From Candidatus Krumholzibacteriota bacterium (GTDB lineage: Bacteria; Krumholzibacteriota; Krumholzibacteriia; JAJRXK01): 64,000 nucleotides of DNA. The notes beneath the pieces were generated by a model that did no database searches, was not told the DNA's origin, and saw only the letters and a program-made list of their open reading frames with translations. The stretch is taken from NCBI GenBank assembly GCA_963727455.1, contig CAVSGG010000006.1, forward strand, positions 64,001-128,000, in the 5' to 3' direction. Shown one piece after another: positions 44,630 through 54,651 of the stretch (its first letter is position 1; each line of letters starts with the position of its first letter). A program made the translations under genes and the position numbers.

Positions 44630-45640
44630 ATGGATGCAGTGACGATTGCCCGCGGCTCGCGGCGCTGGTTCCGAGCGCCCCAGCTTCTGGCCCTTCTGGC
44701 CCTGTGCCTCATTGCGTGTAAGGCCGAGCCCGGGGGAAAACAGCACCGCCCCGGCTCGAGCGCGTCGGTGGATGAGGGGTTTTCGCTTCTCTCCCATGCG
44801 ATGGTCGACAGTGTGGAGCAGGCCTACCTGGGCTATGCCAGCGACGATCTGCGGGTGACAGGTTATCTCTTCATCGCGCCCTACAGCCAGCTCGAAGTCG
44901 AACCCTGCCTGATCTTCAACCACGGGGGAGTCAACGGAGTCTCCGAGGCGGTGAAGGCCAAGTGCCGCTGGCTCGCCAAGCAGGGATACCTGGTGTTCGC
45001 GCCCAGCTACCGGGGAGAGGACGACAGCCAAGGCCGCGTGGAGGTTGCCGCCGGCGAGGTGGACGACGTCCTGGCCGCCATGGCTCTCTTGGAGAAGCAC
45101 CCCGGCGTGGATCCGAGTCGCTTCGTCATGCTGGGGACCAGCCACGGAGCGTTGATCTCGGTGAAGGCAGCGACCCGTCCGCTCGGCAAACGGCTTCTAC
45201 GTGGTGTGGTTGCGGCCTACGGCGTGATGGACATCTATGCGTGGTATCAGTATCTGCTCGACAACGACTTCGACACCACCGACTCCCTCAGCGTCCGCGT
45301 CTACGGAACCGGTCCGAAGGACAAGCCAGAAGCCTTTGCCAAGCGGCAGGTGTTGACTCTCCTCGACAAGCTCGGTCCCGCCCCCATCCTGTTGGTCCAG
45401 GGAGCCAAGGACCGAATCGTCCCGGTGGAGCAGGCCAGGATCATGGCCGCGGCCCTGAAAAAGGCGGGCAGGACACAGGATCTGTTGCGCGTGTATCCTG
45501 AGGGAGCCCATGGATTCCTCTTCTGGGATGATCCCGCGCTTCATTCCAAGGAGGAACTGGCGGCATCGGAGAAGGCGTGGCGCGACATCCTCCAGTTCTT
45601 CAGAGCCACAGTCGGCACCAAGGCATCGGGTCCGAACTGA
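44630..45640 (+). CDS. Alpha/beta hydrolase (S9-like peptidase/esterase), probable lipoprotein
   Basis: FNHGG, GTSHGA (GxSxG), VQGAKDRIV, GAHGF; lipobox LIAC. Confidence 0.85.
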   Translation: MDAVTIARGSRRWFRAPQLLALLALCLIACKAEPGGKQHRPGSSASVDEGFSLLSHAMVDSVEQAYLGYASDDLRVTGYLFIAPYSQLEVEPCLIFNHGGVNGVSEAVKAKCRWLAKQGYLVFAPSYRGEDDSQGRVEVAAGEVDDVLAAMALLEKHPGVDPSRFVMLGTSHGALISVKAATRPLGKRLLRGVVAAYGVMDIYAWYQYLLDNDFDTTDSLSVRVYGTGPKDKPEAFAKRQVLTLLDKLGPAPILLVQGAKDRIVPVEQARIMAAALKKAGRTQDLLRVYPEGAHGFLFWDDPALHSKEELAASEKAWRDILQFFRATVGTKASGPN

Positions 45641-46584
45641 GGCGGATCTTCGGCACGCTCGCGCTGCTCGCTCTAGGAGTGGCCTGCACCGTGGGGGCGA
45701 AGGCCGACCCGACCCCGGTGCACCGGAGCGGTGGACCTCCACCGCTTCAGATTCGCGCCGAAGAGGGCCTGGGCAAGATGGCGGACGGAATCCTCGCACT
45801 CTGGCCAGAGATTGCGCCTTCCATTGCGAAGGGTCTGGGGCTGCAAGCGCCGCGTCCGGTGGAGATCGTTTTGCTGAGCGGGAAGACCTTTCGTCCCTGG
45901 GCACGCGGTCTGATTCCGGAGTGGGGAGCGGGATTCACGAATTGGCCCACCGGCCCCATCGTGCTGGATGCGGACGCGGTCAGCGGCGGCAGCAAGAGCC
46001 TTCCCGAAATTCTGCGCCACGAGCTCTCCCATGCCTATCTGGGGCAAAGGGTGGGACGCAACGCGGGGCTGCCGCGCTGGTTCGTCGAAGGAGTCGCGCA
46101 GGCTCAGTCCGGGGAATGGCGCTGGGTCGATACCTTCGCCCTGGTTCGCGGAGCTGCGGCGAACGATCTGCCTGCGTTGGAGCGCATTCAGTTTGCGTTT
46201 CCCAGCGGTGGATTGGCCGCGCGCCAGGCCTACGCATTGAGTCTCTCGGCCGTGCTCAATCTGCAGGATCGTCTGCGCGAGGTGGGGGGATGGCTTGCGC
46301 TGGTGGACGCTGTCGCCCAAGGAGAGCGCTTCGACTCGGCCTTTCTCCGCCTTACTGGAACCACGGTACATTCCTTCGCGCTGTCCTTCGATGAGAGCTT
46401 GAAATCTCGTTACGGCTGGATCGCCGCCGTCACGCAGGTGGCATCGGTGTTCTTGTTGATGACGCTGCTCTTCCTCGCGGGATACGCGCGGACGGTGTAC
46501 CGCAATCGACGCCGGCTGGCGGAGATGGAGGAGGAGGAGAACTCGACAGCGGATGGCCCCGGGAATTTTCCGACGCCTCTTTAG
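45577..46584 (+). CDS. Peptidase MA-like zinc metallohydrolase with a C-terminal TM helix
   Basis: LRHELSHAYL...PRWFVEGVA (HExxH...E). The true start is probably near 45637. Confidence 0.8.
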   Translation: MARHPPVLQSHSRHQGIGSELRRIFGTLALLALGVACTVGAKADPTPVHRSGGPPPLQIRAEEGLGKMADGILALWPEIAPSIAKGLGLQAPRPVEIVLLSGKTFRPWARGLIPEWGAGFTNWPTGPIVLDADAVSGGSKSLPEILRHELSHAYLGQRVGRNAGLPRWFVEGVAQAQSGEWRWVDTFALVRGAAANDLPALERIQFAFPSGGLAARQAYALSLSAVLNLQDRLREVGGWLALVDAVAQGERFDSAFLRLTGTTVHSFALSFDESLKSRYGWIAAVTQVASVFLLMTLLFLAGYARTVYRNRRRLAEMEEEENSTADGPGNFPTPL

Positions 46585-47492
46585 CGGACGGGTGGTGCCC
46601 GCAAGTCTGCGTCGAGGACCTTCATGGCGATGGGATCGGTCAGGGCGGGAACGAAAGTCGGGACCAGCGAAGTGGCGCCGTCAGTCGCGATCCCCCACCA
46701 GTCGACTTGGGGGTCATAGATCCCGTCGCCGCTAGTGTCCAGGATGATCCCCATCGCGTAGTACTTGCCCGCGGTGAGACCATCCACCACCTCGAGGTAG
46801 CTCTCTCGCTCGGCGTCGCGATTCTTGGTGATGGCGAGGTCCACGGTGTGCGCCGGTAGAGCAAAGAGCTGCGCGGGGGAATTGACGTAACCCGCGGTTT
46901 CGTAATCGTAGAAGAGAAGCAAGGTGTACTCAGGAGAAGGCCCTCCCACAGTGCGCTGTCCGGCGATGGCCAGGATGCTGCCGGAAACTGCACTCTGCGC
47001 TTTCGTCAGGAACTCCCACAGCCAGGGATGCGCGAAGCGGGGTCCGTCGATCAGGATGCGTTGTAACTCGGTGTCTGGCTGAGGTGCGAAGCCGTCGATC
47101 CAGAAGATGGCCGAAGTGGTGCTGACGCGTCGCGTCCAACCGTCCTCCACGGGCGGCCAGAAGCCCAGCGTGAGCTCGTCGGGACTCGCCATCTGATTCA
47201 GATCGAGTCGCAGAGAGGTCGGATAGTTCACATCGTACAAGACGTAATCGTTGGGCTTGTCTGCGGTGGGAAAGGCGGGCAGGGCATTCTGGATCTTCAG
47301 GCCGGCGGGGACGATGGCATCCTCGCTGGTGGGATGGGTGCACGAGGAAGCGCTCAACAGGGGCAAGAGGACCCCCAAGAGGAGAAGCCCCACTCCTCCT
47401 CGCCAGGAATCCGCGGCACGAGGCAAAAAGGAGCCAAGGTGCACGCGCGCGGGGATTTTCGGGCGTTCGCGGAGCATGATGGTGGTGCGCAT
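46581..47492 (-). CDS. Hypothetical lipoprotein
   Basis: Hydrophobic stretch plus ASSC lipobox; C-terminal GKYYAMGIILDTSGDGIYDP Ca-binding-like loop. Confidence 0.6.
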   Translation of the reverse strand: MRTTIMLRERPKIPARVHLGSFLPRAADSWRGGVGLLLLGVLLPLLSASSCTHPTSEDAIVPAGLKIQNALPAFPTADKPNDYVLYDVNYPTSLRLDLNQMASPDELTLGFWPPVEDGWTRRVSTTSAIFWIDGFAPQPDTELQRILIDGPRFAHPWLWEFLTKAQSAVSGSILAIAGQRTVGGPSPEYTLLLFYDYETAGYVNSPAQLFALPAHTVDLAITKNRDAERESYLEVVDGLTAGKYYAMGIILDTSGDGIYDPQVDWWGIATDGATSLVPTFVPALTDPIAMKVLDADLRAPPVR

Positions 47493-47594
47493 GACACCAA
47501 GATAAGCAGGAGGGCAGTTCCGGGGCCAGGGGGGAGCGAAAGGCCCCGGATTGCCTGCTTTCCCCCTGGGGGCACGCACAGATCGAGCAGCGCC

Positions 47595-48020
47595 CTAGGC
47601 GCCCAAGTTCCAGAGTTTCATTCCGATGCTCGCGTCGTGCGCGCGGCGCAGCTCGTATTCCCCGGGCCAGATCGAAAGCTCTGCGGTCGCGGTGATTGTG
47701 GCCGCGAAGAGGTGACCACCGACCAATGAGAATTCGGGATTGGCGAGAATGGCATGGACGTGGAGAAAGGACGCGCCGTCCTTCCAGGAGAGGTTCCCCG
47801 AGAGGCTCAGGAGTTCGTGGGGGCCGGGGAACTGGCGTCGAGTGTACTCCTCGCGCTCCAGATTCCAGTACCCCAGGTCGAGCTTGTCGACGGCTCCGAT
47901 ACCGATCACCGTGGCGTTGGGGATCTTCTGCTCCTTGGCGAATTGCTGGACGGTCTGGATGAGCTCCTCGCCGCGTTGCAAACGCATGAGGAGGCGGTTT
48001 CCGTCTTTCTTGAACTCCAT
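47595..48020 (-). CDS. PPC/DUF296 domain protein
   Basis: RLQRGEEL, GIGAV, ELLSLSGN, HVHA, GGHL. Confidence 0.88.
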   Translation of the reverse strand: MEFKKDGNRLLMRLQRGEELIQTVQQFAKEQKIPNATVIGIGAVDKLDLGYWNLEREEYTRRQFPGPHELLSLSGNLSWKDGASFLHVHAILANPEFSLVGGHLFAATITATAELSIWPGEYELRRAHDASIGMKLWNLGA

Positions 48021-48148
48021 GACTGATTCCTCTCCGGTGCTGAATGACGATGATGGGTGGTGCATCCCGAACGGAAATACCACCGGTTGTTAAGGGGAAC
48101 AGCAACGCATACACTGCCAAACCACGACGGTGTCGCAAAGAGGAGAAG

Positions 48149-49147
48149 ATGACTTTGGCGCACGAATTCTACCAGGGGAAAAATGTCCTGGTTACCGGTG
48201 GCTTGGGATTCTTGGGCAGCTCGCTCACGATCGCTCTAGTGAAGGCGGGTGCACGAGTGACCATAGCGGACGCCATGATTCCCCTCTTCGGCGGCAACCG
48301 ATTCAACGTGGAAGCGGTAAAGGACGAGATAGAGGTCCGGATTCAGGACATCAGGGACCCCGAGCCGACGAAGGCTGCGGTAGTGGGCAAGGACATTCTC
48401 TTTCACATTGGAATGCAAACCAGCCACGTCGATTCGATGACCAGGCCGCTATGGGACGTGGACATCAATTGTCGCGGAAACCTCGTTGTCTACGAGGCGG
48501 TCCGTCATCATGCTCCGCAATGCCATGTGATCTATGCGGGAACTCGGGGTCAGTATGGAACGGTAGGAAAGACGCCGATCACCGAGGAACATCCCATGCA
48601 TCCCACCGACATCTACGGGGCGAACAAGGTAGCGGCGGAACTCTACGGCTTCGTCTACGGGAAAGCCCACGGGATGCGATTTACCAGTCTGCGCGTGAAC
48701 AACACCTACGGACCCAGGCATCAGATGAAGCATGGGAAATACGGCATTCTGAACTGGTTCCTGCGACTGGCCCTCGATGGTGATACCATCTCCATCTACG
48801 GAGATGGACTGCAGAAGCGCGACTACAACTATGTCGACGACGTCACCGAGGCCTTCCTGTTGTGCGGAGAGAATGCCGAGAAGACAGTGGGGGAGGCCTA
48901 CCACTTGGGCGGTGACGAACCGCGCGCGTTCAGGGAAGTGGCGGAGATGGTCATCGAAGCCGCGGGCAGCGGCCACCTGGAACTCACTCCCTGGCCCAAG
49001 GAACGCAAGGCGATCGAGACGGGCGATTTCGTGGCGGACCACTCGAAGTTCAGCAAAACGACGGGTTGGCAGCCGAAAACCAAGCTGGCGCAGGGGCTGC
49101 CCCTGGCCGTCGAATACTACCGACGCTTCAAAGAACGTTATTGGTGA
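48149..49147 (+). CDS. NAD-dependent epimerase/dehydratase
   Basis: VTGGLGFLG, YGANK, NTYGPR, YGDGLQKRDYNYVDD; AGGAG RBS. Confidence 0.92.
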   Translation: MTLAHEFYQGKNVLVTGGLGFLGSSLTIALVKAGARVTIADAMIPLFGGNRFNVEAVKDEIEVRIQDIRDPEPTKAAVVGKDILFHIGMQTSHVDSMTRPLWDVDINCRGNLVVYEAVRHHAPQCHVIYAGTRGQYGTVGKTPITEEHPMHPTDIYGANKVAAELYGFVYGKAHGMRFTSLRVNNTYGPRHQMKHGKYGILNWFLRLALDGDTISIYGDGLQKRDYNYVDDVTEAFLLCGENAEKTVGEAYHLGGDEPRAFREVAEMVIEAAGSGHLELTPWPKERKAIETGDFVADHSKFSKTTGWQPKTKLAQGLPLAVEYYRRFKERYW

Positions 49148-49218
49148 AAGGGAGCGCTCGATCCCGGCGCTGAGCGCGCGCAGGAAGGACCCTCACCCCC
49201 GAAGAGCAGAGAGGTAAC

Positions 49219-49869
49219 ATGCAGTTCATCCTGGTCGTTGATCGTAAGCACATCTTCCCCCATCTTGCGCCACAAGGATTTCTCCCCCTGGATGCCGTCG
49301 ATCTTCCCTCCGTCGAAGATTACGTGTTTTTCGCCGAGCGTGGCTTCATGGAGCGATGCAGTCACTTCAAGCAGATCATCCCCTACATGGTGATCACCTT
49401 TGGCGACGACGTGCTCTGCTATCAACGGCGCGCCAAACATACCGAGTCCCGGCTCGGAGGACTTTGGACCCTGGGTTTCGGCGGGCACATCGAACCGATG
49501 GACCGCGAAGAGTCGAATCGCAGCGGTTTCATTCACGCAGCGGCCCTGCGCGAACTCAGAGAGGAAACCGGGTTGATCGTCGAGGCCTCGGCGCTCAAGC
49601 CACTGGGGTACATCAACTCTGAGCGTGAAGAAGTCAGCCAGGTGCACTTCGGCGTGTTCTTCGAGCTCGATCTGCTCGAAGACGGACGCAGCAAGGAAGA
49701 GATCGCCGAACTCGTGAGCGCGCAATCCGAACCGCATCGCGTGGCCTGGCGTTCGCGTTCCCAGCTGCGGCCGGCCCAGGGTGCCCCATCCGCGCCCGAC
49801 GAGGGCCGCTGGGAGGACTGGACGCTCTATGTCCTGCAGAGCGGCGTGCTCCACCGCGCAGAGGGCTGA
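49219..49869 (+). CDS. NUDIX hydrolase (YmaB-like)
   Basis: FKQIIPY, ESRL, GFGGHI, AALRELREETG, VHFG. Confidence 0.85.
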   Translation: MQFILVVDRKHIFPHLAPQGFLPLDAVDLPSVEDYVFFAERGFMERCSHFKQIIPYMVITFGDDVLCYQRRAKHTESRLGGLWTLGFGGHIEPMDREESNRSGFIHAAALRELREETGLIVEASALKPLGYINSEREEVSQVHFGVFFELDLLEDGRSKEEIAELVSAQSEPHRVAWRSRSQLRPAQGAPSAPDEGRWEDWTLYVLQSGVLHRAEG

Positions 49870-49944
49870 TCGCGGACAAACAGCGTGGATCTGGCCACCA
49901 TCTGCCGCGGTATGAGGAGCATTCGAGGGGCGCGATCCCCCGGC

Positions 49945-50283
49945 TCAAGTCAGAAGCAGTTGCGGAAACTCGCGGAGAAATTGGGTCTGCGGGATAATGC
50001 GGTCGGCTCCGGCCAGCTTGGCCCGAATGGGGAGATCCCCCACGAAGTGATCGAGGAACGCGATGATGGCCGGATCGCAGGGGCCAGCCTTGAGGGCGGC
50101 GATGAATTCGAGGGCCTCCTCGCCCACGTTGAGATCGATGAAGACGCGGCGCAGCGGCTCACCCTGCGAGCAGCGCTGCAGGGTCTCCTGGCGGGGCACG
50201 TGCAGAAGCTGTACGCCGTGCCCTTTGGCCTGCAGCAGAAGCTGCGCCACTAGCGTTTCGTCACGGCTCACGAGGATCAACAC
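49945..50283 (-). CDS. Atypical stand-alone receiver-like domain protein
   Basis: AGGAG RBS and GTG start; VFIDLN, IIAFLDH, AKLAGADRII beta/alpha pattern. Confidence 0.65.
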   Translation of the reverse strand: MLILVSRDETLVAQLLLQAKGHGVQLLHVPRQETLQRCSQGEPLRRVFIDLNVGEEALEFIAALKAGPCDPAIIAFLDHFVGDLPIRAKLAGADRIIPQTQFLREFPQLLLT

Positions 50284-50326
50284 GGTGCTTCTCCTGCTCT
50301 GTGCGTTCCGCCGCACACGGAAGGGT

Positions 50327-51391
50327 TCAGGCCAGAAAGCGGCGCGGGTCCAGAATGGCCGCCATGCCCCCGGGAAGTCCCCTGTCCTGGACCCATTGTA
50401 CGAGAAGGTGGGCCGCTGTGGGAGCAAGATCGAAATCACGCGCCCCGAAGCCGGCAGCGACGAGCAGCCGTTGCCGTTGGGGTGCTGGCCCCACCAGAGG
50501 TCTCTTGTCCTTGCCCTGCTTGGTCTCCCAGAGCCCCGAACTCCACACGGTTGCACGATCCAGCGCGGGTAGGAGCGGGTCATGCGAGGGGACATCCGCC
50601 GGGGGTAATCCGTTCCGACGGATCCAGCCGCCGGCCAGGGGCCGCCAACTCACACCGAGCCGCTCGTGCCACAGGATAGTGATGGAAGCGCCGAAATCGG
50701 CCTCGGGTTGCAGGAGCTGAAAGGGACGCAGCAGCGGATTCAGCGTGCGCTCTGCAAGTTCGGGTGCTAGAAGCTGCAGCGCGGAGTCACTGGCCAGCAC
50801 CGTCCACTCGGCCTCGATCTCGCCATGACTGGTGGTGACTCCGGTCACGCGATCCCCCTGCAGCACCAACCCTAGCGGGGTCTCTCCCTGGATGACCCGA
50901 ACGCCTCGGCGGGCAGCCAGCCTCGCCAGTACATCGATTGTCCGCCGTGGATCGACCAGAGCGGCTCCGGGCAACCACAGTCCGGCCCCCTTGGCGGGAA
51001 ATGTGCCGCGTGGTTCGTGTTGTGCCAGATGGTCCTCGTCGACTTCCTCCGCCGCCAGACCGCGCGGCCTGAGCCGCAATCCCCGTCCCAGTATCCGCGG
51101 CGCGAGCGCTTCATCCGCGACCACCAGCATGCCGCAGCGCGCGAGCCCGAGATCCTCTTCGGCTTCTTCGGCCCAATTCTGGTAGGCTTGCGGCGCGGGG
51201 GCGGAGAGGTCCGCCAGGGAAGCCAGCTCGTGGTAGCCGTGCAAGAGAGCCGGTGATCGGGCGGAACTGTCGTCGCCGAAGAAGCTGGGAGCGAGCAGCC
51301 AGACCTCGTTGTGGCCCGTCTCCTGCATGGAAAGGGCCGCGGCGCAGGCGCTGATGCCTCCGCCCAAGATGAGGATTTCACAGTTTCGCAT
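50327..51391 (-). CDS. FAD-dependent oxidoreductase (DAO/sarcosine oxidase beta-like), divergent
   Basis: ILILGGGISA, VDP, GVTTSHGEIEAEWTVLA, PLVGP, AAGFGARDFDLAP. Confidence 0.75.
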   Translation of the reverse strand: MRNCEILILGGGISACAAALSMQETGHNEVWLLAPSFFGDDSSARSPALLHGYHELASLADLSAPAPQAYQNWAEEAEEDLGLARCGMLVVADEALAPRILGRGLRLRPRGLAAEEVDEDHLAQHEPRGTFPAKGAGLWLPGAALVDPRRTIDVLARLAARRGVRVIQGETPLGLVLQGDRVTGVTTSHGEIEAEWTVLASDSALQLLAPELAERTLNPLLRPFQLLQPEADFGASITILWHERLGVSWRPLAGGWIRRNGLPPADVPSHDPLLPALDRATVWSSGLWETKQGKDKRPLVGPAPQRQRLLVAAGFGARDFDLAPTAAHLLVQWVQDRGLPGGMAAILDPRRFLA

Positions 51392-51535
51392 GGGATCCTC
51401 TTTTGAAATCGAAGCCTAGCCGGGCTCGGCGGGCCGTGCAACGATCTGAATGAGCGCGGTCCAAAGCGTGAAGAGAATGCCTCGATTCCCACACGGCCCC
51501 TGTGGGATGGTCCCAGGTCTCCAAGGCGGTCGACA

Positions 51536-53173
51536 TTGCGAACTCCACTGAATACTGGTCTGAGCCTCGATTCTCTTCTTGATCGCTACGAAGAGCGCAC
51601 GCATCTCTTCCGGCCCGACGAGGCCAGAGAGCTGGGCCTCCACCAGTACGACGGCCATTTGGCGCAGATCGGCCGCGACGCGCGGCGAAGCCGTCTTCTC
51701 TTCCTTCAGGAGTTGTTGGATGGATTGGGACCCAACCCGGTGGGTCTCGACGCCCGGCTCTTCCACCATGCCTTGAGGAGCGAGATCTGGCGGCTGACCG
51801 TACAGCGCAAGGACGAGACCGATCCGATGCACGCGGCCGACCTCGTGGATCCCTCATGCTATCTGCGCTGGGACTATGCTCCTTGGAAAGATCGCGCGCG
51901 CGCGTTGCAAAATCATCTCAAACAGATCCCCGACTTTCTTCCTGTGGTGCGTGAAGGACTCGAAGAGGAACTCTCCGGTCCGGCGGTCAACACCGCTCTC
52001 TCCGTATTCAAGGGTCTCGAAAGCTTTGTGCGCACCGGACTTCTGCAGGCAGCTCGCAAGGCAGGCCCGCTTCCTCGCGGTTTTGAATCCAGCGTTCAGG
52101 CGGCGGCGAACGCAATCAAGAGTCATCTTTCGTTCTTGGAACGAGAGGCGCTTCCGCGTACCCACCAAAATTTCGCCATGGGCAGCGCGGGCCTGGAGGG
52201 AATGCTGCGCGAGCAAGAGGGGCTGGATCTCGAATTGGACGAAGTCGTGCGAGCGGGTGAGGAAGAACTAGATCGTAATCGTCTGGAGCTGGAAGAACTC
52301 TGCCAAGAGTACCGCCCGCGGGCGAAGCCCAAAGAGGTTCTCGAGTCCATCGCCAAGGGAGTCTCCTGGCCCATGGATCTTCCACAGCGGGGATCTGAGA
52401 TCCTGAATGAGCTATACGAGTTCGTGCGCGGGCGCGAGCTGGTGAGCATCCCCAACGACAGCCGACCGGGGATCGACGTAACTCCTCCCTGGATGCGCTG
52501 GGCCATCGCATCCCTGGAGGATCCGGGTCCCTTTGCCCCGGCGCAGCTGCGCGCCTGGTACTACGTGACTCCTCCTGAGGAGTCTTGGCCGGCCGCGCGC
52601 AAGGAACGCTGGCTCTCGATGTTCAACGATTCGCGCCTGCGCGTGATCACCGGGCATGAGGTCATGCCGGGGCATTTTCTCCATGCACTGCACGTGCGTC
52701 GCGCTCCCAGCCGGGCCACTCGGCTTTTCGCGGTCTGCTATCACTTCTGGGAGGGGTGGGCACACTACGGTGAGCAGTTGTTGGCCGAGGAATCGTTCCG
52801 CAAGGGCGATCTCGAGTTCGCAATCATCCAGCGGCATGCGGCTCTGGAGAGAAGTGGCCGATTGATGTGCAGCGTAGGCCTGCACACCCGCTCCTGGGAC
52901 CTCGCCGAAGCCAAGCGCTTCTTGACCGGCCACTGCTATGTGAACGAGGTTTTGGCGCAGTGCGAAGCCGAGCGAGGGTGCTTCGATCCACAGTACCTGG
53001 GTTACACCCTGGGGAAACTACTCCTGCTCAAGTTGCGCAAGGACGTCCACCAGATCGAGAAGGGCCACTTCTCCTTGAAGTCCTTTCACGACCGGGTGCT
53101 TTCGGCCGGGGCTCCGCCGCTTTCACTCCTGCGCGAGGAAGTTTTCGGACTGCGCGACCGCAAGCTCCTCTGA
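51536..53173 (+). CDS. DUF885 family metallopeptidase-like protein
   Basis: HEVMPGHFLH, EGWAHYGE, YTLGK, FHDRVL..GAPP. Confidence 0.88.
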   Translation: MRTPLNTGLSLDSLLDRYEERTHLFRPDEARELGLHQYDGHLAQIGRDARRSRLLFLQELLDGLGPNPVGLDARLFHHALRSEIWRLTVQRKDETDPMHAADLVDPSCYLRWDYAPWKDRARALQNHLKQIPDFLPVVREGLEEELSGPAVNTALSVFKGLESFVRTGLLQAARKAGPLPRGFESSVQAAANAIKSHLSFLEREALPRTHQNFAMGSAGLEGMLREQEGLDLELDEVVRAGEEELDRNRLELEELCQEYRPRAKPKEVLESIAKGVSWPMDLPQRGSEILNELYEFVRGRELVSIPNDSRPGIDVTPPWMRWAIASLEDPGPFAPAQLRAWYYVTPPEESWPAARKERWLSMFNDSRLRVITGHEVMPGHFLHALHVRRAPSRATRLFAVCYHFWEGWAHYGEQLLAEESFRKGDLEFAIIQRHAALERSGRLMCSVGLHTRSWDLAEAKRFLTGHCYVNEVLAQCEAERGCFDPQYLGYTLGKLLLLKLRKDVHQIEKGHFSLKSFHDRVLSAGAPPLSLLREEVFGLRDRKLL

Positions 53174-53201
53174 GCGCATCCACTCGCCGGTGTGATTTTC
53201 T

Positions 53202-54521
53202 TCACTCAGACTTCTTTGTCTCGAGCTTCTCGTAAGGTGAATCCTCGGGCTCGTCCCTATCGTAGCTCTCGCGATAGCGCGGCCTGTGCGCTGCGGCAAA
53301 GGTCTCCGTGAAGGCAGCCGTGAGCGGGGTCCCGTCGAGATCGTCACCGATCGGTGTATTCTCCATCGCCAAGAGCGTGGGAGCGAGGTCGTACACTTTG
53401 GTGAAGCTCAGTGTCTTTCCCTTTGCGATCCCGTGCCCGTAGAGGATCAACACTCCATGGGGCTCGGGTTGGGAAACGGGCACCATTTTTCCCTCCGCAT
53501 TCTCTATCTCCTCGATTCCGAAGCCGCGCTCGCTCATCACGATCAGAGTAGCGTTCTCGTCGAGAGCGTCGAGGACCTTGCCCAGCTGCTCGTCTACCCA
53601 GGCGTAGGTCTCGTTCACCGTATCGCGGAAGCGCCGGGTGTTGGGGTTCTTGGCGATGATTCCCTCCGGATGGATGAAATACCAGTACACCGGAGAGACC
53701 ACAGCTGGGAGCTCCAAGAAGCAGGCCGTGATCTCGGGCTCGTAGTGCTTTTTCAGATAGAGCGCCATGTCCAGATAACTGAGATCGGTCTGATGGGTGA
53801 GGGCGAAGTCGCGCATGGGATTTTCCAAACTCCGAATCGACCCCAGAGCTTGGTCGTAGGCCATGGAGAACTCCTTCTCGTTCAGAACGAAGAATCGCGT
53901 AAGCTCTTCCCTGGTGATGGAGTCGGCGGGGCGATAGAGCCCCTTCACTTCCTCAGCCAGCGCATTGGGGTAAGTCTGCCGCTGCCCCGCTTTCGGGTGG
54001 AAGGTCACCTCACTCGTCTCCGACCAGCGATTGGGAAATGCCATGTTGCTGATGACGTAGCCTTCGACGGCTTCGGCCGGAAAGCTGATGGGCAGGCCCA
54101 CCACCGCGACACTATGCTCGTTGCGCGAGAACATTTGCCAGATATCGGTGGTCTTGCGGGAATCCGTGCGAGAGGGGCAGACGAGTCCGCCGGACGAGGT
54201 CTCGAAACTCCCGTAGATATGGTGCTTCGCATCCTCTTTCCCGGTCTGGATGCTGGCCCAGAGAGCACCGACGGCCAGTGGATCCTCTCCCTGGGGGTCG
54301 GCCCGCGTTCCTCCCTCCACGATCTTGCGGAAATTGGGGAGCTTCCCCTGATCCATGAGCGCATCCAGACGGCTCCACTCCAAGGAGGAGACGCCGAGGA
54401 GGAAGATCTCCGAGGGATCGCTGGCCGGATCGTTTCCTCGGCTGCACGACACGAGAAAACCCGCGCACAAGCTCAGGCAGAGGCCAAAAACGAAGAGTCG
54501 AAGGGGCTTTTTCGTGAACAT
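53202..54521 (-). CDS. Alkaline phosphatase / nucleotide pyrophosphatase superfamily lipoprotein (degenerate active site)
   Basis: Lipobox LVSC; GKLPNF, WASIQTG, VDEQLGKVL, DLAPTLL, LDG. Confidence 0.75.
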   Translation of the reverse strand: MFTKKPLRLFVFGLCLSLCAGFLVSCSRGNDPASDPSEIFLLGVSSLEWSRLDALMDQGKLPNFRKIVEGGTRADPQGEDPLAVGALWASIQTGKEDAKHHIYGSFETSSGGLVCPSRTDSRKTTDIWQMFSRNEHSVAVVGLPISFPAEAVEGYVISNMAFPNRWSETSEVTFHPKAGQRQTYPNALAEEVKGLYRPADSITREELTRFFVLNEKEFSMAYDQALGSIRSLENPMRDFALTHQTDLSYLDMALYLKKHYEPEITACFLELPAVVSPVYWYFIHPEGIIAKNPNTRRFRDTVNETYAWVDEQLGKVLDALDENATLIVMSERGFGIEEIENAEGKMVPVSQPEPHGVLILYGHGIAKGKTLSFTKVYDLAPTLLAMENTPIGDDLDGTPLTAAFTETFAAAHRPRYRESYDRDEPEDSPYEKLETKKSE

Positions 54522-54651
54522 GATCTCCCATTCACCATCTTCGAAGTAAAATTGGTTGCCACCCAGGCCTTGGCGAGAAGGGCCCAAGCGCTTTCCTTAT
54601 CATCTGCGGCCCCGTCCGGGTCGCAGTCTCTTTATTCTAAAGGAGAGAGAA

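Noticed and set aside
44384-45145. N-terminal extension of the 711-aa ORF 43010-45145
   Set aside because: It overlaps the opposite-strand hydrolase, and the signal peptide begins at MRQSLL (44383).
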